The position numbers and the translations under genes were made by a program. The notes beneath the pieces were generated by a model that was given only the letters and a program-made list of their open reading frames with translations, was not told the origin of the DNA and made no database searches. A stretch of DNA of 64,000 bases from Thermodesulfobacteriota bacterium (lineage in GTDB: Bacteria > Desulfobacterota_D > UBA1144 > Nemesobacterales > JAJCZQ01), in assembly GCA_965215275.1 (NCBI GenBank), contig OZ244044.1, forward strand, positions 1,344,001 through 1,408,000, given 5' to 3'. This document shows positions 60,364 through 64,000 of this stretch, one piece after another; positions within the stretch are counted from its first letter, which is position 1; each line of letters opens with the position of its first letter.

Positions 60364-60798
60364 ATGAGAGATAGAAGAGGTGAATTTTCACATATAGCAG
60401 AGCGTATATCTGGACTTTTAAATGAAAGGTCGCAAGAAAATTCAGGTATCTCCATAGAAGATATTCATATACTAAGTGGAAAAGCAGGTATGATTAATTG
60501 CTACCTTGGATTTCCTACGAACGAGTGTTGTCCTGTTGCTTTTTTTATTTCTATAAATGGAGTTGCTGCACAAGGACGAGGACACCTTAATTTTAAAAAA
60601 ATGATGGTAGAGTTTCATAGACACATGTATATGCGATGCTTTATGAAGACCCGACATGCAGTAATTATTAGCAATGACTGGGTGACGAAAGAGTATGAAA
60701 AATATCACGAAGATATTGAACACCTTAGAAGGAGGGGTAAGACGGTTGAGGCTTACTTTGTCAGCCGGGGTGGTAGTCTGGTATTAATAGATATTTAA
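60364..60798 (+). CDS. Hypothetical protein A2 (paralog of 56035-56499)
   Basis: Near-identical core blocks with A1. Confidence 0.8.
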   Translation: MRDRRGEFSHIAERISGLLNERSQENSGISIEDIHILSGKAGMINCYLGFPTNECCPVAFFISINGVAAQGRGHLNFKKMMVEFHRHMYMRCFMKTRHAVIISNDWVTKEYEKYHEDIEHLRRRGKTVEAYFVSRGGSLVLIDI

Positions 60799-60965
60799 TA
60801 AGTTGTTGCTGTATTCAATGTTGAAAGAACACATGCTCGTTGAGAGATCTCCGTGAATATAAACCCCGATAGGAAAATGAACGGAATGTCTGAAGATTCC
60901 TTTTGATATTGGGCAAAAGTTCGTATATAATGTGCATGAGTTAAAAAATAATTAGGAGGCTATTT

Positions 60966-61672
60966 ATGAGTAACCTGAAAGATTTTGTTTCATTTGCCGA
61001 ATCTGAACTCGGTGGTGATGGGGGGGGGGGGGGATTCTTAACGAGAGTGGCAATATTCTTTACAGTAGTGCATCAACTCTTCGACGTAGTAATACATCAA
61101 CCCTTCAACGCGGTCCTGTATACCTCTTAGGAACAAATCCGGGTGGAGACCCAAAAGAATATAAATATAACACCATACAAGATACTTTAGATGCACTTCC
61201 CAATAAGACAGAGAATAGCTACATCGATGAAAAGTGGGGGCGTCGCCCGGGGAAACAGAAACACCCGTTGCAACGTCGTGTAATATGGCTTCTTAATGAC
61301 CTTGACAATAATGGATTAAAAACCAAAGATGTTTGTGCGTCTAATTTAATTTTCCAACGAAGCAGAAATACAAAAAGAAAAAATATAGATTTTAAGAAGT
61401 GTGCTGATATTTGTTGGCCCGTCCATGAAAGAATATTGCAAGTGGTTTCACCTAGTTTAATTATTGCGTTCGGTATTGAAACGTACAGTTATTTAAGAAA
61501 TAAATTAGGAAATGGGAATGAAATCACATTTCCATCAGGTCACGGAACCTGGGAATGCAGATCATTTAGATCTGATTCAGATATTTTGGTAGTAGGTTTA
61601 CCTCATTTAAGCCGTTACGCAGTAGATCGCCATGATAACGTAAAAATATGGATACAACGCCAAAAATGGTAA
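60966..61672 (+). CDS. Uracil-DNA-glycosylase-superfamily-like protein, frameshifted at G14 tract
   Basis: RBS AGGAGG + ATG 60966; frame after the tract reads VYLLGTNPGG...ASNLIF...PSLIIAFG...GLPHLS. Confidence 0.68.
61020..61033 (+). repeat. Poly-G tract (G14)
   Basis: GAT-G14-ATT (reverse complement AAT-C14-ATC). Confidence 0.95.
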
Positions 61673-61738
61673 AGCAGTAAAATGACAAATCACGGAATTT
61701 TGTAGACTGCAGCAATTTATTACATTTTAATTTTCTGC

Positions 61739-63319
61739 CTACTTTGCTGTCAAAAATGTAAGCCGTGATAAAGCAAATTCCACTCCGTGTTTTGAATACT
61801 CACCCATAAGTGCGAACTGCATTAAATTCCGTTCGGTCAGATATCTGCTGCGGTAGCTAATATAAATACCTTGATTTTCCAGTTTCTTGCCCAGCTTTAA
61901 TGGATCGATCCCCTCCGGGATTTTAAAGGTAACGATAGCGGGAGAGCAGTCGGTGTTTTTCCCAACTACTTCCAATCCCATATCCTTCAGCTTGTTCCTT
62001 ATTATAACGGAACACTCTTGAGACCTTTCTGAATTGGCTTCAACGTCCGTCAGTTCCAGTGCTTTACTTACCGCGTAAAGCAGATTGGAAGACAGTGTGT
62101 ATGGAACACCTTTTGCGGTAACGTAACTGTTCAGATCCAGATATCTGGGAAGGTTTTTTCTTTTCGGCAGGATAAGATGGTTGTAAAAAACAAAGGAAAG
62201 TCCCGGGTAAGAGGCAAGTCCTTTTCCGCTGACACCCGTGGCCATATAAGCTTTTTTTAAATCAACCGGCACCGTTCCCAGAGAACTTATACAGTCAACG
62301 AGTGATTTGACCGAATTATCAGCACATATATCTGTAATACCTTTTAGATTATTAAGCACGCCAGTTGAAGTCTCGCAATGAACAAACCATAACCATTCAA
62401 AACCGTTTTTTAAAAGGTCTGATATCTTTTCATTTTGTAACGGGTCTCCCCACGCCACTGAATAAGTTGCAAAGTCCAGGTCAGATCTCTCGGCGTGATC
62501 TATCAACCTGTCACCAAATTCACCGTTTGAAAGTATCAATCCTTTCCCTTCCAAAGTTGACAGATGAGCTGCCACAACGTCGTTTGCCAGTGTGCCGGAC
62601 CCCATTAGGGTCTGAGTAGACTTGCAATTTACCAGCTGCGATAATTTTTTCTGAACTTTTTCAAGTTCTTTCTCAAATTTCTCCGACCTGTGTGAAACGG
62701 GGGGTTTTGCAAACTCTTCCTTTACCTCTGTCTTTACATTTACCGGTCCCGGCTGGTAGAAATATTTTTGTGGAATCTCCTTATCGCTTAATATCCTGGA
62801 ACTATTCTTGAACTTTCCGTAGGAATCGCAGGTCAGGTACATGGGCTGAAAACTGGCTCCGTTTTTTCCCACAAGAGGACCGAATTTCGTAAAACCCAGT
62901 CTTTTGTACAGGCTGAGCTCTTTTATACTTGCCGATATGACGGCCAGGTCGTAGTAATTATTTTCGCAGTAACGGGCGAGGTATTTAAAAAGTCCCTTTA
63001 TTACCTTTTTCTTTCTGTATTTTTTTCTTATTGCGAGAAGCCTCAGTTCGCAGAGCGACCTTGATCCCGGCAGATGATCGTCCAGATCTTTCAGCTTGTT
63101 GTCTAGGGAAAAAGGACGTTTGTCCCTTACTGCTATCATTCCCGCCAGACCGTGTTCATTGAGACAGACTATATAGGTATTTTCATTATGGAACTTATCA
63201 ACCAGAAGTCCGGTGGAATTGCTTTCGTGTTGAGGGATCTCTTCAACAAAGGTCTCATAGTTGAGCTTATGTATTTCCTGGAATTCCCAATCCTTGTTTG
63301 CTATCTTAAAACTGACCAT
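61739..63319 (-). CDS. GNAT-like acyltransferase fused to class V PLP aminotransferase
   Basis: N part ELRLLAI...LYKRLGF; C part PGPV, SHRS, GSGTLAN, HCETSTG, VDCISS, SGKGL. Confidence 0.85.
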   Translation of the reverse strand: MVSFKIANKDWEFQEIHKLNYETFVEEIPQHESNSTGLLVDKFHNENTYIVCLNEHGLAGMIAVRDKRPFSLDNKLKDLDDHLPGSRSLCELRLLAIRKKYRKKKVIKGLFKYLARYCENNYYDLAVISASIKELSLYKRLGFTKFGPLVGKNGASFQPMYLTCDSYGKFKNSSRILSDKEIPQKYFYQPGPVNVKTEVKEEFAKPPVSHRSEKFEKELEKVQKKLSQLVNCKSTQTLMGSGTLANDVVAAHLSTLEGKGLILSNGEFGDRLIDHAERSDLDFATYSVAWGDPLQNEKISDLLKNGFEWLWFVHCETSTGVLNNLKGITDICADNSVKSLVDCISSLGTVPVDLKKAYMATGVSGKGLASYPGLSFVFYNHLILPKRKNLPRYLDLNSYVTAKGVPYTLSSNLLYAVSKALELTDVEANSERSQECSVIIRNKLKDMGLEVVGKNTDCSPAIVTFKIPEGIDPLKLGKKLENQGIYISYRSRYLTERNLMQFALMGEYSKHGVEFALSRLTFLTAK

Positions 63320-63360
63320 ACCTATCTGTACTGAGAAACATTACGCGTAAATAACTTCGG

Positions 63361-63768
63361 TCACTGCTGCTGAAGAAAACGTTTTTCCATTTCCGGAGAA
63401 GGGACCATACACTGGGACCTTCTGCCAAACCATCTGTAACGGTTTTTTGCCACAAGGTCATAAAAGAAGTTCCTGACGGGGCGTGGAACGATAATAAAAA
63501 AGTAAAAAAGGCTCCATATACCGTTAAGTTCTTTCAGTACCCTGAGAGCTGCATCTGACTTAACGTAGTATTTATTTCCGTCTATAAGGACCATGGAAGT
63601 GTATTCTGTGGTCTTTATATCAAGCTCTTCTTGAAGGCTTTTGCCGATTTCTGATTGAAGGGAGGCGAACTTGAACTTTGCCTCTGGGTCTCTTCTGATC
63701 GTGAACACGACGAACTCATTGCATAAATTACAGACGCCGTCAAAAAGTATGCTCAGCCGTTTATTCAT
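63361..63768 (-). CDS. DCC-family thiol-disulfide oxidoreductase
   Basis: FDGVCNLC, FASLQS, KSDAAL, YDLVAKNRYRWFG; start trimmed to MNKRL. Confidence 0.92.
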   Translation of the reverse strand: MNKRLSILFDGVCNLCNEFVVFTIRRDPEAKFKFASLQSEIGKSLQEELDIKTTEYTSMVLIDGNKYYVKSDAALRVLKELNGIWSLFYFFIIVPRPVRNFFYDLVAKNRYRWFGRRSQCMVPSPEMEKRFLQQQ

Positions 63769-63823
63769 AGAGGATCTAAGTATAAATATGATTAGGGAAA
63801 CTTCAAACTTGTAAAAACTGCTG

Positions 63824-64000
63824 CTATCTGGCAGGCTGTCTTTTTCTTGCTCTCTGGTTAACTCCAAGATGCTGCTGATCTCTCAGCTTTGCAAGTTTTA
63901 TCTGCCTGTTCCTTTCCTCAAGTGATCTTCTTCTTTTGACCGTGATCTTATCAAAGCATCTCGGGCATGATACTCCTTCCTCGTAGTGTTCGGACCGTTT
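63824..64000 (-). CDS. trhO: C-terminus of tRNA U34 hydroxylase TrhO/YceA (rhodanese-related), partial
   Basis: Manual translation SEHYEEGVSCPRC...EERNRQIKLAK.R.QQHLG. Confidence 0.7.
   Translation of the reverse strand, partial: KRSEHYEEGVSCPRCFDKITVKRRRSLEERNRQIKLAKLRDQQHLGVNQRARKRQPAR

Noticed and set aside
55845..61738. Integron, CRISPR or DGR explanation for the repeats in the island
   Set aside because: No regular repeat-spacer array, attC-like sites, integrase or reverse transcriptase seen; differences between copies are not adenine-specific

Overview
Bacterial chromosomal segment made mostly of housekeeping genes (uvrD/pcrA, gatABC, gshB, dnaB, ispH, ddl, carA, nfi, ychF, pyrD, ftnA, uvrA, glyA, nrdR, pdxA, rluD, nnr, tsaE, lysC, cimA, two tRNAs). 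The gene content suggests a deltaproteobacteria-like diderm, possibly Dadabacteria-like; this is an impression and cannot be proven here. Accessory elements: (1) three dispersed paralogous kexin-like S8 surface proteins with a shared GGGGC-TM-basic C-terminal tail. Two have lost catalytic-triad residues, and in both the start ATG is out of frame with the signal peptide across a poly-C tract. The catalytically intact copy has no tract but is flanked by a diverged ~115-bp inverted repeat. (2) A porin / FMN-binding / membrane-protein operon near apbE. (3) A GHKL-ATPase-nuclease / m5C methylase / Vsr cassette. (4) An AT-rich, partly duplicated island (55.9-61.7 kb) with Nmad2-Nmad3, Nmad2, a duplicated unknown gene and a UDG-superfamily gene split by a G14 tract. 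All four long C/G homopolymers sit at gene 5' ends and share AAT(A)-Cn-AT flanks, pointing to a contingency (phase-variation) system, although homopolymer sequencing error must be excluded. Also notable: an Ogg paralog pair in which one copy lacks the catalytic Lys, and an AccA-AccD fusion. Family calls come from motif recognition by eye; no searches were run.
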